IMG/VR virus record: IMGVR_UViG_3300029267_004155 | Source: a virus | Lineage: Duplodnaviria > Caudoviricetes | Direction: 5' to 3' (one strand) | Length of the DNA stretch: 64,000 nucleotides | Shown here: positions 28,952 through 37,536 of the stretch, one piece after another | How positions within the stretch are numbered: position 1 is the first letter of the stretch | How the letters are laid out: the number at the start of each line of letters is the position of its first letter | Position numbers and translations under genes: made by a program | The notes under the pieces: model-generated | The model's database searches: none | The model's input: the letters and a program-made list of their open reading frames with translations, nothing else | Told to the model about the DNA's origin: nothing

Positions 28952-31304
28952 GAAGGTCACGTGCGTGGTCTGCGTGAAGACCGCGATGGGGCGTCCGGAC
29001 AGGATGGCGGCGTGCCGGGAGACCTGGATGTCCGGACTCCCGGCGGACTACGCCGTGGTCGAGGTCGTCGGCCGGGACGGGCCGGACGTGCCGAGGCTGG
29101 AGGGCGCCCGGCTCCACGTGGACGCTCCGGACGACTACTGCCATCTTCACCTGAAGGTCTGGGCCATGCTGGTGGCCGTTCCGACGTTCTTCGACTTCGA
29201 GTGGCTCGCCATGGTGGACGACGACACCTACGTCGTCGACCTTCGCGGCATCGTCGGCAACCCGCGAGGCGACGTGGTCGGCTCGTGGCGGAGGGTGACG
29301 CCGGAGTCGGTCGACGGGGTCCGGGGACGGGTGGCTCGCAAGTGCGGGGAGGGGGAGCCGCTCCGGCAGCCGCTCCCGGCCACGTACCCGGACGGGAGCA
29401 TGGTCGTGATGAGCAGGAGGGCCGTGGACCTGTTCCGGTCGGTGCCGCCGGACGAGGTCGAGGACCTCCGGTGGGGTTCCGGCATGGACTCCGTCATGAT
29501 CGGGAACCTGCTGGAGAGGTTCGGCGAGCTGACCAGGGGCGAGCTGGTCGCAGGAGACCACGTCCATGGCCTGGTCGGCGTGGCGCCGGCCGAGATGAGG
29601 GAGCTTCATGGCGCCGTCTCCAGGGGCGAGCGCTGGCGCGTCGGGGACCCGGCCGCCATGGGGAGGCTCTGCTCCGGGGGATGCGCCGAGGAGGCGTTCA
29701 GGGTGTGGATGGCCGGGGCCAGGATGGGGTCGGCCGACTGCGCGGCCGAGGTCTCCAGGTGCCTCCGGGACGGCGACGGGGTCGGGGCGGACGAGGACGG
29801 GGCCGCGGGATGGGACGCCATGGCGTCGCAGATGGTCCCCGGCCTGTCCCTGGTCCACGCAATGCCGTCGACGGGGGCCTCGGTGCTCTGCGCCGTCCTT
29901 GACTCGGTCGAGGGCTTCTCCTGCGCCTGGGACCCGTTCGGGTCGCCGAGGGGCCGCAGGACGGCGTCCCACGCCCCCGCTGACGCGGCGCGGGCCCTGG
30001 CCGAGCTGGCGGCTCCGAGGACTTGCGCCGTCCACAGGGCCGGCTCGGCTTCTCCGGCCGTCGAGGGGGAGATGCTCCGGGAGCCATGGTGCGCCGTGAG
30101 GGTGGTCCTGCTCCGGAGGAGGAACAGGCTTCGCGGGGCGGTCCTGGCGGAGATGAGGGAGAGGGCCCGGGCCTGGGCTCGCGGGGACCATGGCGACGGC
30201 GCCCCGGACTGGACGCTCGACGTCGACGCCGTGAGGGCGAGGATGGGGGAGGAGGGGGAGATGGCGTCCAGGGCCGAGGAGGCGCTGGCGCGGAGGTTCG
30301 CGGACGGGTCCGCCGAGACGTTCTGGTACGAGGACCTGTTCGGGGACGGGAAGGCGCTGCACGAGCGCCGCGGCGCGCTGGCCAGGCTGCTCGGGTTCGT
30401 CGGGGCTCCGAGGCCCCCGCCGGAGCGGGACGCCGAGCTGATGGCGATGCTGGACGTGGTTCCGGACGGCTCCTGGGGCGTCTTCGAGAAGGTCGGCAAC
30501 ATTCACGCCGTCGAGGACGCGCTGGGCTCGGACGAGGACGGCTGGGTCTTCGGGGCCATGAGGCTGGACGACTGCCACCTGGAGCTGATGAGGAGGTATT
30601 TCCAGCTGGAAGGGGACCGATGCCGGTACGGCGTCGGCAGGGAGGTGAACGAGAAGCTGGCCGTCGACTTCTGGACCAGGGGCGTCAGGATGGGCTCCGT
30701 CAGGTGCGTGGCCAACCTGGCCTGGGCCTACAAGGAGGGGATCGGCCTGGACCGGGACCTGGGGAAGGCGGTGGAGCTCTGGGAGAGGGGGGCGGCCGAG
30801 GGCGACGCGGAGTGCGTGCGGCACCTGGCCTGGGCCTACAAGGAGGGCGAGGCCGTCGAGCGGGACATGGCCAGGGCCGTGGGGCTCTGGGAGAGGGGCA
30901 GGGGCATGGGCGACTACGAGTGCGTGAGGCACCTGGCCTGGGCGTGCTCGGAGGGCCTCGGGACGGAGAGGGACGGGGAGAGGGCGGCGTCGATGCTCCA
31001 GGAGCGCGTCGACGAGGGCATGCCCGAGGCGGTCCTGGACCTGATATGGCTGATCGGGCAGGGCAAGGTGGCCAGGCCGGCAGGCACGATCAGGGCTCTT
31101 CTCCGGAAGGGCGCGGCCATGGGGGACGCGGAGTGCATGCGGGGCCTGGCGTGGCAGCTGCGGGAAGGGAGCGACGGGCCGGCGGACGAGGACGAGGCCG
31201 CGAGGTGGGACGAGGCGGCCGCTGAGGCGGTCACCGGCGCAGCGAGTCCCATAGCGACTCCCGGAGGGAGTGGATCGGGACCGTCCCGGACGCCCTCAGC
31301 CTGA
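28944..31304 (+). CDS. GT31/fringe-like domain + SEL1 + sulfotransferase-like domain + SEL1 repeats
   Basis: DDYCHLHLKV..WLAMVDDDTYV; VVLLRRRNRLRGAV, WYEDLF; tandem LAWAYKEG repeats. Confidence 0.75.
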   Translation: MAEKVTCVVCVKTAMGRPDRMAACRETWMSGLPADYAVVEVVGRDGPDVPRLEGARLHVDAPDDYCHLHLKVWAMLVAVPTFFDFEWLAMVDDDTYVVDLRGIVGNPRGDVVGSWRRVTPESVDGVRGRVARKCGEGEPLRQPLPATYPDGSMVVMSRRAVDLFRSVPPDEVEDLRWGSGMDSVMIGNLLERFGELTRGELVAGDHVHGLVGVAPAEMRELHGAVSRGERWRVGDPAAMGRLCSGGCAEEAFRVWMAGARMGSADCAAEVSRCLRDGDGVGADEDGAAGWDAMASQMVPGLSLVHAMPSTGASVLCAVLDSVEGFSCAWDPFGSPRGRRTASHAPADAARALAELAAPRTCAVHRAGSASPAVEGEMLREPWCAVRVVLLRRRNRLRGAVLAEMRERARAWARGDHGDGAPDWTLDVDAVRARMGEEGEMASRAEEALARRFADGSAETFWYEDLFGDGKALHERRGALARLLGFVGAPRPPPERDAELMAMLDVVPDGSWGVFEKVGNIHAVEDALGSDEDGWVFGAMRLDDCHLELMRRYFQLEGDRCRYGVGREVNEKLAVDFWTRGVRMGSVRCVANLAWAYKEGIGLDRDLGKAVELWERGAAEGDAECVRHLAWAYKEGEAVERDMARAVGLWERGRGMGDYECVRHLAWACSEGLGTERDGERAASMLQERVDEGMPEAVLDLIWLIGQGKVARPAGTIRALLRKGAAMGDAECMRGLAWQLREGSDGPADEDEAARWDEAAAEAVTGAASPIATPGGSGSGPSRTPSA
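30715..31200 (+). repeat. 108-bp tandem SEL1-like coding repeats
   Basis: ACCTGGCCTGGGC at 30715, 30823 and 30931; diverged units at 31039 and 31144. Confidence 0.85.
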
Positions 31305-32205
31305 ACTCGAAGACTCCCCGCCTCTCCGACGCTTCCGCGAACGGCACCCAGCCGCAGGCCCTGAGGATGCTCGGGACGGCGCGGCTCCGCGCCATCGAGC
31401 CGAGGCCGACCTTCCGGGCCAGCTTGCCGACACCTATCCTGTGGGACCTCCTGCGTCCCTGGTGGGACAGGTGCCACGCCAGGGCCAGCGCCACGCAGCT
31501 CGGGGCCCGGGCCAGCTCCAGCGGGAAGAACCATGGGGAGGACGAGAGGGCCTCCACGTATCTTGGGGAGAGATGGGCCTCGACGTCGTTCCCGCAGACG
31601 GCCGAGCCGAGGAGGTAGTCCTCGGAGACGAGGTCCTCCAGCGCCCGGGAGAGCGAGCGGCCCCAGGAGGTGCCGGGGCTCTTGCCGACCAGCTCGGCGA
31701 ACCGGCGCTTGTGGAACTCGACCATGCGGGCCTCGGGGTCCACGTGGCCGTTCAGGGCGTGCCATCCGATGCCGAGCAGCGTCTGGAACGCCGTCAGTCT
31801 CAATCCTCGGCCCTCTGAGCGGCTGCCGGCCAGGAAAGGGCTCCAGAGCACGCGCGGGGCGGCCGTCCACGCCACGACGGACGCAAGGGCCTTCCTGGAG
31901 GGGGCGCCCCTCGGCCTCCCGCCGGCGTGGAGCCGGTCGTGGCACGCGACGCACAGGGTGACGCCCTCGCACGAGTCGTCGTCGTGCATGGCGACGGCGT
32001 GGGCCAGGGCGTCGTCCGGGTCGGGGTGCAGCCTGAGGACTCCGACGATCACGGCCCGCAGGTCGACCACGTGATGAACCACCAGGTCGTCCTCGCGGTC
32101 GCAGATCAGGCAGGCCGGGTGCCTGTTCCTCTCCACCCATCCCGCGTAGGCGACCGAGGCCCTCGTCCTCCGCTCGATCTCGCTTGTCTGGACTCGCTTC
32201 GGCAT
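31231..32205 (-). CDS. HNH-like zinc-binding domain + helix-turn-helix-like domain protein
   Basis: CLICD...VVHHVVD...TLCVACHDRLH; EFHKRRFAELVGKS...LSRALEDL; no good + strand ORF here; own TATAAT upstream. Confidence 0.7.
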   Translation of the reverse strand: MPKRVQTSEIERRTRASVAYAGWVERNRHPACLICDREDDLVVHHVVDLRAVIVGVLRLHPDPDDALAHAVAMHDDDSCEGVTLCVACHDRLHAGGRPRGAPSRKALASVVAWTAAPRVLWSPFLAGSRSEGRGLRLTAFQTLLGIGWHALNGHVDPEARMVEFHKRRFAELVGKSPGTSWGRSLSRALEDLVSEDYLLGSAVCGNDVEAHLSPRYVEALSSSPWFFPLELARAPSCVALALAWHLSHQGRRRSHRIGVGKLARKVGLGSMARSRAVPSILRACGWVPFAEASERRGVFEFRLRASGTVPIHSLRESLWDSLRR

Positions 32206-32210
32206 GGTTC

Positions 32211-32218
32211 ATTATACG
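32211..32218 (-). promoter_or_regulatory. CGTATAAT element 5 nt before ATG (leaderless-type)
   Basis: Reverse complement reads CGCGTATAAT-GAACC-ATG; no room for an SD. Confidence 0.55.
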
Positions 32219-32346
32219 CGCGGGGGACGTGGAGTCAGGAAAGCGGGACTCGCAGTTCTCCACGGGAGGTGGTCGGCGCGACCCTATGCGCGCGCGTATT
32301 GCTATGTGGGGTCCATGCCCTGGGGGTTCCTGGTCGTTTTTTGTGA

Positions 32347-32359
32347 GAATGCTTTTATA
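32347..32359 (+). promoter_or_regulatory. GAATnnTTTKATA motif (copy 1)
   Basis: Matches copies at 45640 and 52940; sits at the head of the tagged-cassette array. Confidence 0.45.
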
Positions 32360-32399
32360 TGCGGGCTGGATGTGAGAGGCTGAGGTTTTCGCGTGGCGG

Positions 32400-32427
32400 G
32401 TGGAAAGGTTCGCTTTTTCGGCGATAT
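32400..32427 (+). promoter_or_regulatory. promoter-like motif GTGGAAA-N13-GGCRATAT (copy 2)
   Basis: Intergenic; identical spacing to 21200 and 33217. Confidence 0.6.
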
Positions 32428-32471
32428 GGGGTTGACGAGAAGGTCGTGGAAGGCCGAGAAGGAGCTTTCAG

Positions 32472-32733
32472 ATGGCTGGCAGGGCCATTAGGCTTTATCA
32501 TGGCACGTCGGACAGGCAGGCGGCGAGGATCAAGTCCGGCGGGATCGGGAACGCCACGGGAAGTCCTCAGTGGTACATGTTCTCGACCGACAGGGATGCC
32601 GAAGGCGGCCTACTACGACCTGGGCGGGATAGGCGACAACGTGATACGGTACGACATGGACAAGTTCCGGAGCAGGGTCACGAAGACCGGGCACTGGGGT
32701 CCGTGGGACCTGAAGACCGAGAGCGGGCTATAG
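32472..32733 (+). pseudogene. frameshifted or chimeric ADP-ribosyltransferase-like gene
   Basis: AAGGAG SD; LYHGTS...WYMFSTDRDA, then coding-like sequence (KAAYYDLGG...) continues in another frame from about 32600. Confidence 0.5.
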
Positions 32734-32743
32734 GAGGTTCGGG

Positions 32744-33202
32744 ATGGCAAGGAACGTTTTCGACAGGCCGAGCAAGAAGCGGGTGAGGGTGCCTGGGGAG
32801 GACATGGCGATGATGGAGGAGGCGTCCGTGGCCGGCGACCTGGTCCGGCTGGCCCGGGAGCTGACGGCGGTGACCCCGAGGTTCACGGTCAGGGTGGGGC
32901 GCGGATCGGCGTCGGGCAACCGCCTGTTCGAGATGTTCGCCCCTCTCAGGACCGGCGAGTACGACAAGGCCGCGATCGGCAAGATGTTCGACGACGTCGA
33001 CAAGGAGGCGAAGAGGGTGGTGAAGGCGGTGGCCTCGAAGCTGGGCGCGTCGTTCAGCCGGCTGACGCCGGCGGCGATGAGGACGTACGTCGACCCTCAG
33101 GACTTCCTGGTCGGGGGCGTGATCGAGGGCGACGTCGGGGCCGAGGACGTGGCCGACGCGTTCCAGGGCGACTCGGCCGTCCGGCAGGCATGGGTGGAAT
33201 GA
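32744..33202 (+). CDS. cassette protein with degenerate internal tag
   Basis: AGGAGG SD; VAGDLVRLARELTA at about 32827. Confidence 0.75.
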   Translation: MARNVFDRPSKKRVRVPGEDMAMMEEASVAGDLVRLARELTAVTPRFTVRVGRGSASGNRLFEMFAPLRTGEYDKAAIGKMFDDVDKEAKRVVKAVASKLGASFSRLTPAAMRTYVDPQDFLVGGVIEGDVGAEDVADAFQGDSAVRQAWVE

Positions 33203-33216
33203 TTTCAGGCCGGAGG

Positions 33217-33244
33217 GTGGAAAGACCTGCTCGTTCGGCAATAT
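33217..33244 (+). promoter_or_regulatory. promoter-like motif GTGGAAA-N13-GGCRATAT (copy 3)
   Basis: Intergenic between 33202 and 33267. Confidence 0.6.
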
Positions 33245-33266
33245 GAAGTGGGAGTCGTAAGGAGTC

Positions 33267-33578
33267 ATGACGATGGACAGGAAGAAGATTGCGACGGAGC
33301 TGGTCGAGGCGGCGAAGGACCTGGCCGGGGCTCCGAGGGGCCGCGAGGCGCGCGGGACGGACGTGTCGTTCTTCGTGAAGGTGGACGACGTGTTCACGTT
33401 CCCGTCGAGGGGCGTGGGGGCGGGCCAGGTCGAGGTCCTTCAGGACATGATCGAGGGCGCGATCTGGGGTCAGAGGGCGAAGCTCCTGGCGGCCGTGAAG
33501 GCCCAGCTGAAGAAGGACGTGGCCAGGGACGAGGACTTCCGCGAGTGGATGGAGATGCACAACGTCGAGGTGAAATGA
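33267..33578 (+). CDS. leader-tagged cassette protein
   Basis: MDRKKIATELVEAAKDLAG from 33273; AAGGAG SD. Confidence 0.8.
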   Translation: MTMDRKKIATELVEAAKDLAGAPRGREARGTDVSFFVKVDDVFTFPSRGVGAGQVEVLQDMIEGAIWGQRAKLLAAVKAQLKKDVARDEDFREWMEMHNVEVK

Positions 33579-33940
33579 TGGACGGAACGAAGGTTGCGAA
33601 GGAGCTCGTCGAGGCCGCCAGGGAGCTGACCGGGGCGTCGCTGACCAAGGAGTGGAAGAGGATGCTCCCGGGTCAGGAGTTCAAGATTCGGTGGGACTTC
33701 CGCGGGCTCGGGGCGACGGAGGCCGGGGCCATGCGCGGGCATCTCGACGACATGGAGAGGGAGGTGGCCAGGGACGTGAAGGCCATAGAGAAGGTGGCGG
33801 CGGTCTCCAAGGCGCCGTCGCCGCGCGTGGTGGTCTATCCGGGCGGCGGCTCCATCGAGATCGGCGCGGTGACGTTCGCGACGCCGGACGCCGACGTCGA
33901 CTTCGTCCGGGTCCTGGAGAGGCTCGGGTTCAGGAGGTGA
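33575..33940 (+). CDS. leader-tagged cassette protein
   Basis: MDGTKVAKELVEAARELTG; ATGA coupling. Confidence 0.8.
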   Translation: MMDGTKVAKELVEAARELTGASLTKEWKRMLPGQEFKIRWDFRGLGATEAGAMRGHLDDMEREVARDVKAIEKVAAVSKAPSPRVVVYPGGGSIEIGAVTFATPDADVDFVRVLERLGFRR

Positions 33941-33942
33941 GC

Positions 33943-34236
33943 ATGGACGGCAGGGAGATTGCGAGCGAGTTGGTGACGGTCGCTCGCGACCTCGTGTCCG
34001 TCGACGGGCGCCTGTCCGACGCCGTGCGGAGAAGGAACCTGCTGGAGGACGGGAGGCTCGTGAACGGCGACGACCTGGACCGGCGGGCCGGCCAGTTCTC
34101 GGCGTCCGAGAGGCGCCGGAAGGAGAAGAGGCTGGAGAGGGTCGAGGCGCTGATGCAGAAGGCGTACGACAAGATAGACGGGTCCCCGGAGCTGATCGAG
34201 GCGTACGAGGAGCGTTCGGGCGTGGCGTGGGACTGA
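33943..34236 (+). CDS. leader-tagged cassette protein
   Basis: MDGREIASELVTVARDLVS; AGGAGG SD. Confidence 0.8.
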   Translation: MDGREIASELVTVARDLVSVDGRLSDAVRRRNLLEDGRLVNGDDLDRRAGQFSASERRRKEKRLERVEALMQKAYDKIDGSPELIEAYEERSGVAWD

Positions 34237-34281
34237 CGAGGAGGTCCGCGAGTGGATGGACGACAACGGCATCGAGGTCGA

Positions 34282-35580
34282 GTGAAGGCGGAGAGGTCAT
34301 TCTTGGGCGCGTCGAGGACATCGAGGCAGACGGAGGACTACCGGCGCGTGGAGGCGCTGGTGGGCGCGCTTCGCGACGCCTTCCGCCCCCTCGGTGGCTA
34401 CGGGAAGAAGGTGGAGGCCGGGATGGTGTCCAGGCTGGCGGCGGCCGCCGCCAGGCTGGGGGACGCCATCGACTTCAAGTTCGAGGACGAGAGCAAGGAG
34501 CGGCTCTTCGAGAAGGTGGTCAGGCGCAAGCTGGGCAACTTCGAGAAGCTGCTGGCCGGGCTGTCCGGGCTCCGGACGCCGGAGGACTGGGACGCCTTCC
34601 GGAAGAGGAACGGGAGCGGGTCGAAGTCGGTCTGGGAGAAGGTGTACGATTACTCGTCGATGCTTCTCCGGGCGATAAGCTCGCTGGACGTGGAGGTGGA
34701 GGGGCACTTCGACGTCGGCGGGTGGAGCGTGGTGCAGCTGACGTCGCCGAGGGGCGACTGGTCGCGGAGCCTCGGGAACGCGCTGGACTGGGAGCTGCGG
34801 GAGGCGACGAGGAGGGTGGCGGCGGCGGGTCTCGGGGCGGTGGCCGGCGGCCGGGTGCTGGCCTATCCTGCGAAGGTGCTGCCGGGCGTGTACGGCGGCG
34901 GGGCGCTGGCCTACTACCAGAAGTCGAAGGACCTCATGGCGGTGGCGGCGGCCGGGGACCCGAGGAGGGTGGTCCGGACGCTGGTCCACGAGATGGGGCA
35001 CCGGTACTACTACCGGGTGATGGCAGGGGCCGGCAGGTCGGCGTGGGGCGAGTTCTTCGGGGCCAACGTGGGGTTGGCGGACGTGGACTCGATCATCTCC
35101 GACTGGGAGAGGTGGGCCGAGGCGAACAGCGGGGACTACTGGGTCGGGAAGTACGGGAGGTTCCTGGGGACGTACGCGGGGCACCTGGCGAAGACCGACC
35201 CGGGGAGCCTGATGTGGCTGGAGATGGTGGCGAGGGCGATAGGGATCGACGAGCCTCAGAGCTTGTCCGGGTACAAGCGGGGGGCGGTTCCCGGGCTGGA
35301 CCAGCTGAAGGCGAGGAAGGGGGAGGCGAAGGTCTTCCTCCATCCGGTGACGGCATATTCGGGGACGAGCCCGGAGGAGCTGTTCGCGGAGACGTTCGCG
35401 AACGTGGTGACGATGGGGCCGGCGAGCGTGCCGGAGATCGTGAGGGAGGCTTTCAAGAAGGCGGTGCCGAGATTCAGGGGGGCCTCCGGGGGCGGCGCGT
35501 CGAAGGTGGACGGCAGGATGGCCGCGAGCGAGCTGCTGCTCGCCGCCAGGGAGCTGGTCGCGGCCGAGGAGTCGATTTGA
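34282..35580 (+). CDS. zincin-like metallopeptidase with C-terminal tag copy (alternative start 34252)
   Basis: TLVHEMGHRYY (HExxH) and downstream EELFAETFA; ends DGRMAASELLLAARELVAAEESI. Confidence 0.78.
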   Translation: MKAERSFLGASRTSRQTEDYRRVEALVGALRDAFRPLGGYGKKVEAGMVSRLAAAAARLGDAIDFKFEDESKERLFEKVVRRKLGNFEKLLAGLSGLRTPEDWDAFRKRNGSGSKSVWEKVYDYSSMLLRAISSLDVEVEGHFDVGGWSVVQLTSPRGDWSRSLGNALDWELREATRRVAAAGLGAVAGGRVLAYPAKVLPGVYGGGALAYYQKSKDLMAVAAAGDPRRVVRTLVHEMGHRYYYRVMAGAGRSAWGEFFGANVGLADVDSIISDWERWAEANSGDYWVGKYGRFLGTYAGHLAKTDPGSLMWLEMVARAIGIDEPQSLSGYKRGAVPGLDQLKARKGEAKVFLHPVTAYSGTSPEELFAETFANVVTMGPASVPEIVREAFKKAVPRFRGASGGGASKVDGRMAASELLLAARELVAAEESI

Positions 35581-36689
35581 GCCATTATCAGTCAGACAGC
35601 AGGAGGGTCAGGTTCCCGGACCCGGCCGACCAGTGGGCCGACTGGCTGACCCGCGGGCGCTACACGAAGGTCACCTACGAGGCGGTCCCGATCGCGAAGG
35701 TGCGGCACGGCAAGTGGAGCGAGGACAGGTACGAGAGGGCGCTCGCGCACATGATGGCGGGCCGCAGGCTGGACCCGGTGAGCTTGGCGAAGGTCGGCGG
35801 CGCCTACGAGGTGGCGGACGGGAACCATCGCGTGGCGGCGTCGGCGGAGATGGGGTACACCCATGTCCCGGCGCTCGTCCACGAGGAGATGGCGGAGGCG
35901 CCCCCTGGCAGCCCCCCGCCGGGGACCCGGAGGAAGATGGTGGAGGAGGAGTTCGGGACCTTCCTGAACGTGCTGAGGCGCTTCGTGCCGGCGGGGCTGG
36001 AGGTGTCCTGGAAGAGCGTGTCGGAGAACGGCTACGTGGCCGACGTGTCGTTCTGGACCCCGTGGCTGGAGGAGAAGGACTATCAGCTCGAGGTGAGGAT
36101 TCTGGGCGACGGGAGGAGGGAGGCGACGTTCAAGCGTCCCGGCGGGTCGTTCAGGAGGAGGTTCGACGAGGGAGGCCCGGAGGCGTTCGCGAGGGCCTTC
36201 GGGAAGTGGCTCGGGGATTTCGTCGAGGATCATCCGGAGTTTGACGAGCATAGGAGAGAGGCGATGGACGGAAAGAAGATTGCGAGGGAGCTTGTCGAGG
36301 CTGCTCGGGAGCTGGCGGCCGACCAGTTCGACCATCCGAGGATGGAAGAGGCGCTGGACGTGCTGACGGACGCCTCTCCCGGGCTGCACGCGTGGCTGAG
36401 GAGAAACACGCGTCTGGGTCCGTATTGGGAGATGACCTACAAGAGCCGCGCGGGCATGAGCAGCAGTCTGGACGCGGGGCTCGGGGCCGTGCAGGACTTC
36501 TACGCGAAGGAGGAGCGCATGCGCGGCGGCGACTTCTGGAAGGTGAGGGTGTACGCCAACGTTGACGGCGAGGTTATCGTGAAGTCCTCCATGGCGGGCG
36601 ACCGGTACATGTTCAAGGACGTCAAGCTCAAGTGGGCCGACCTGAAGAACCCGGCCAAGGTGTTCAGCCGGTCGAGGCTGCCGCGATAG
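35577..36689 (+). CDS. ParB/sulfiredoxin-like domain protein fused in frame to a leader-tagged cassette (internal start 36264)
   Basis: GAGGAG SD plus TTG; LDPVSL...YEVADGNHRVAAS.EMG.THVPA; internal AGGAG SD plus MDGKKIARELVEAARELAA. Confidence 0.7.
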   Translation: MSHYQSDSRRVRFPDPADQWADWLTRGRYTKVTYEAVPIAKVRHGKWSEDRYERALAHMMAGRRLDPVSLAKVGGAYEVADGNHRVAASAEMGYTHVPALVHEEMAEAPPGSPPPGTRRKMVEEEFGTFLNVLRRFVPAGLEVSWKSVSENGYVADVSFWTPWLEEKDYQLEVRILGDGRREATFKRPGGSFRRRFDEGGPEAFARAFGKWLGDFVEDHPEFDEHRREAMDGKKIARELVEAARELAADQFDHPRMEEALDVLTDASPGLHAWLRRNTRLGPYWEMTYKSRAGMSSSLDAGLGAVQDFYAKEERMRGGDFWKVRVYANVDGEVIVKSSMAGDRYMFKDVKLKWADLKNPAKVFSRSRLPR

Positions 36690-36829
36690 TCGGCGTTCGC
36701 GAGGGCCTTCGGGAAGTGGCTCGGGGATTTCGTCGAGGATCATCCGGAGTTTGACAGGAGAGGGAGGGAGTCGATGGACGGAAAGATGGTCGCGAGGGAG
36801 CTTGTCGAGGCTGCCAGGGAGCTGGCGGC
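36182..36829 (+). repeat. ~138-bp direct repeat pair (36182-36319 and 36692-36829) flanking one cassette
   Basis: First 64 bp identical (GGCGTTCGCGAGG...GGAGTTTGAC), then similar SD and leader; offset 510 bp. Confidence 0.95.
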
Positions 36830-37073
36830 AAGCGATCAGTTGCGGGCATTGCGCCTGTTGAACGACATTGGCGATCATCGGCTCGACATTAAGGAGGTGC
36901 GCTCTGGCGTGTTTTCGGCGACGAACCGCAGGGATGGGGTGCCGTTGGAGCTTTCGCGCACGCGAGGACGTCCGAATTGGCACAGTGAGTTCTCGTTTTC
37001 CGAGCTGGAAGATTGGATGGGCGGTCGCATGACCAAAAAGCAGTACGACCGCTATTTGGAAGCGCTGAATTGA
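36774..37073 (+). CDS. leader-tagged cassette protein
   Basis: MDGKMVARELVEAARELAA; GGAG SD. Confidence 0.8.
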   Translation: MDGKMVARELVEAARELAASDQLRALRLLNDIGDHRLDIKEVRSGVFSATNRRDGVPLELSRTRGRPNWHSEFSFSELEDWMGGRMTKKQYDRYLEALN

Positions 37074-37241
37074 GGAGGCCATGATGGATAGGAGAGCCAG
37101 GGGCGGGTTCATGGGCATGAAGGGCGCGACCATCTCGTGTTCCGGGACGGGCGCCGGAGGGAGTGGAAGGTTGGCCGCGACGAGCTGAGCTTCAATCGGC
37201 GCTTCTGGCTTCCGAGGAAGATCATGAGCAAGGAGATCGAC

Positions 37242-37532
37242 ATGGATGGGACGAGGATCGCGAGAGAGCTTGTCGGGGCCGCGAGGGAGCTGACGGGCGC
37301 CGTCGGGATGGACCGCGGGATAAACCCCTCGAAGTTCTGGCTCGTGCTTCATCCGACCCCGGACTCGGAGATCGGGGACGTGGTGTGGGAGACGGACCTT
37401 CACGGCTTCGGGCTCTGGGCTCGGGGCGGTGGCCCGCGGTTTTGGCTTGGGGTGGCGGCGGTGAAGGGCGACAGGGGCTCGGCCATGAGGATGGGCCAGG
37501 AGTTGCTCGACGAGCGTGACGGCATAATGTGA
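37242..37532 (+). CDS. leader-tagged cassette protein
   Basis: MDGTRIARELVGAARELTG; AAGGAG SD; preceded by a frameshifted remnant at 37081-37241. Confidence 0.78.
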   Translation: MDGTRIARELVGAARELTGAVGMDRGINPSKFWLVLHPTPDSEIGDVVWETDLHGFGLWARGGGPRFWLGVAAVKGDRGSAMRMGQELLDERDGIM

Positions 37533-37536
37533 GGAG

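Noticed and set aside
32206-32470. tRNA or structured ncRNA in the largest intergenic gap
   Set aside because: No cloverleaf, T-loop or CCA pattern found by eye; the gap is explained by divergent promoter motifs.
34227-35576. N-terminal 450 aa of the listed 820-aa ORF (and similar Gly/Arg-rich extensions on many listed ORFs)
   Set aside because: Off-frame read-through of the overlapping true gene; starts were reassigned using SD and stop/start coupling.
36182-36829. Diversity-generating retroelement TR/VR pair
   Set aside because: Differences are not confined to adenines and no reverse transcriptase is present in the window.
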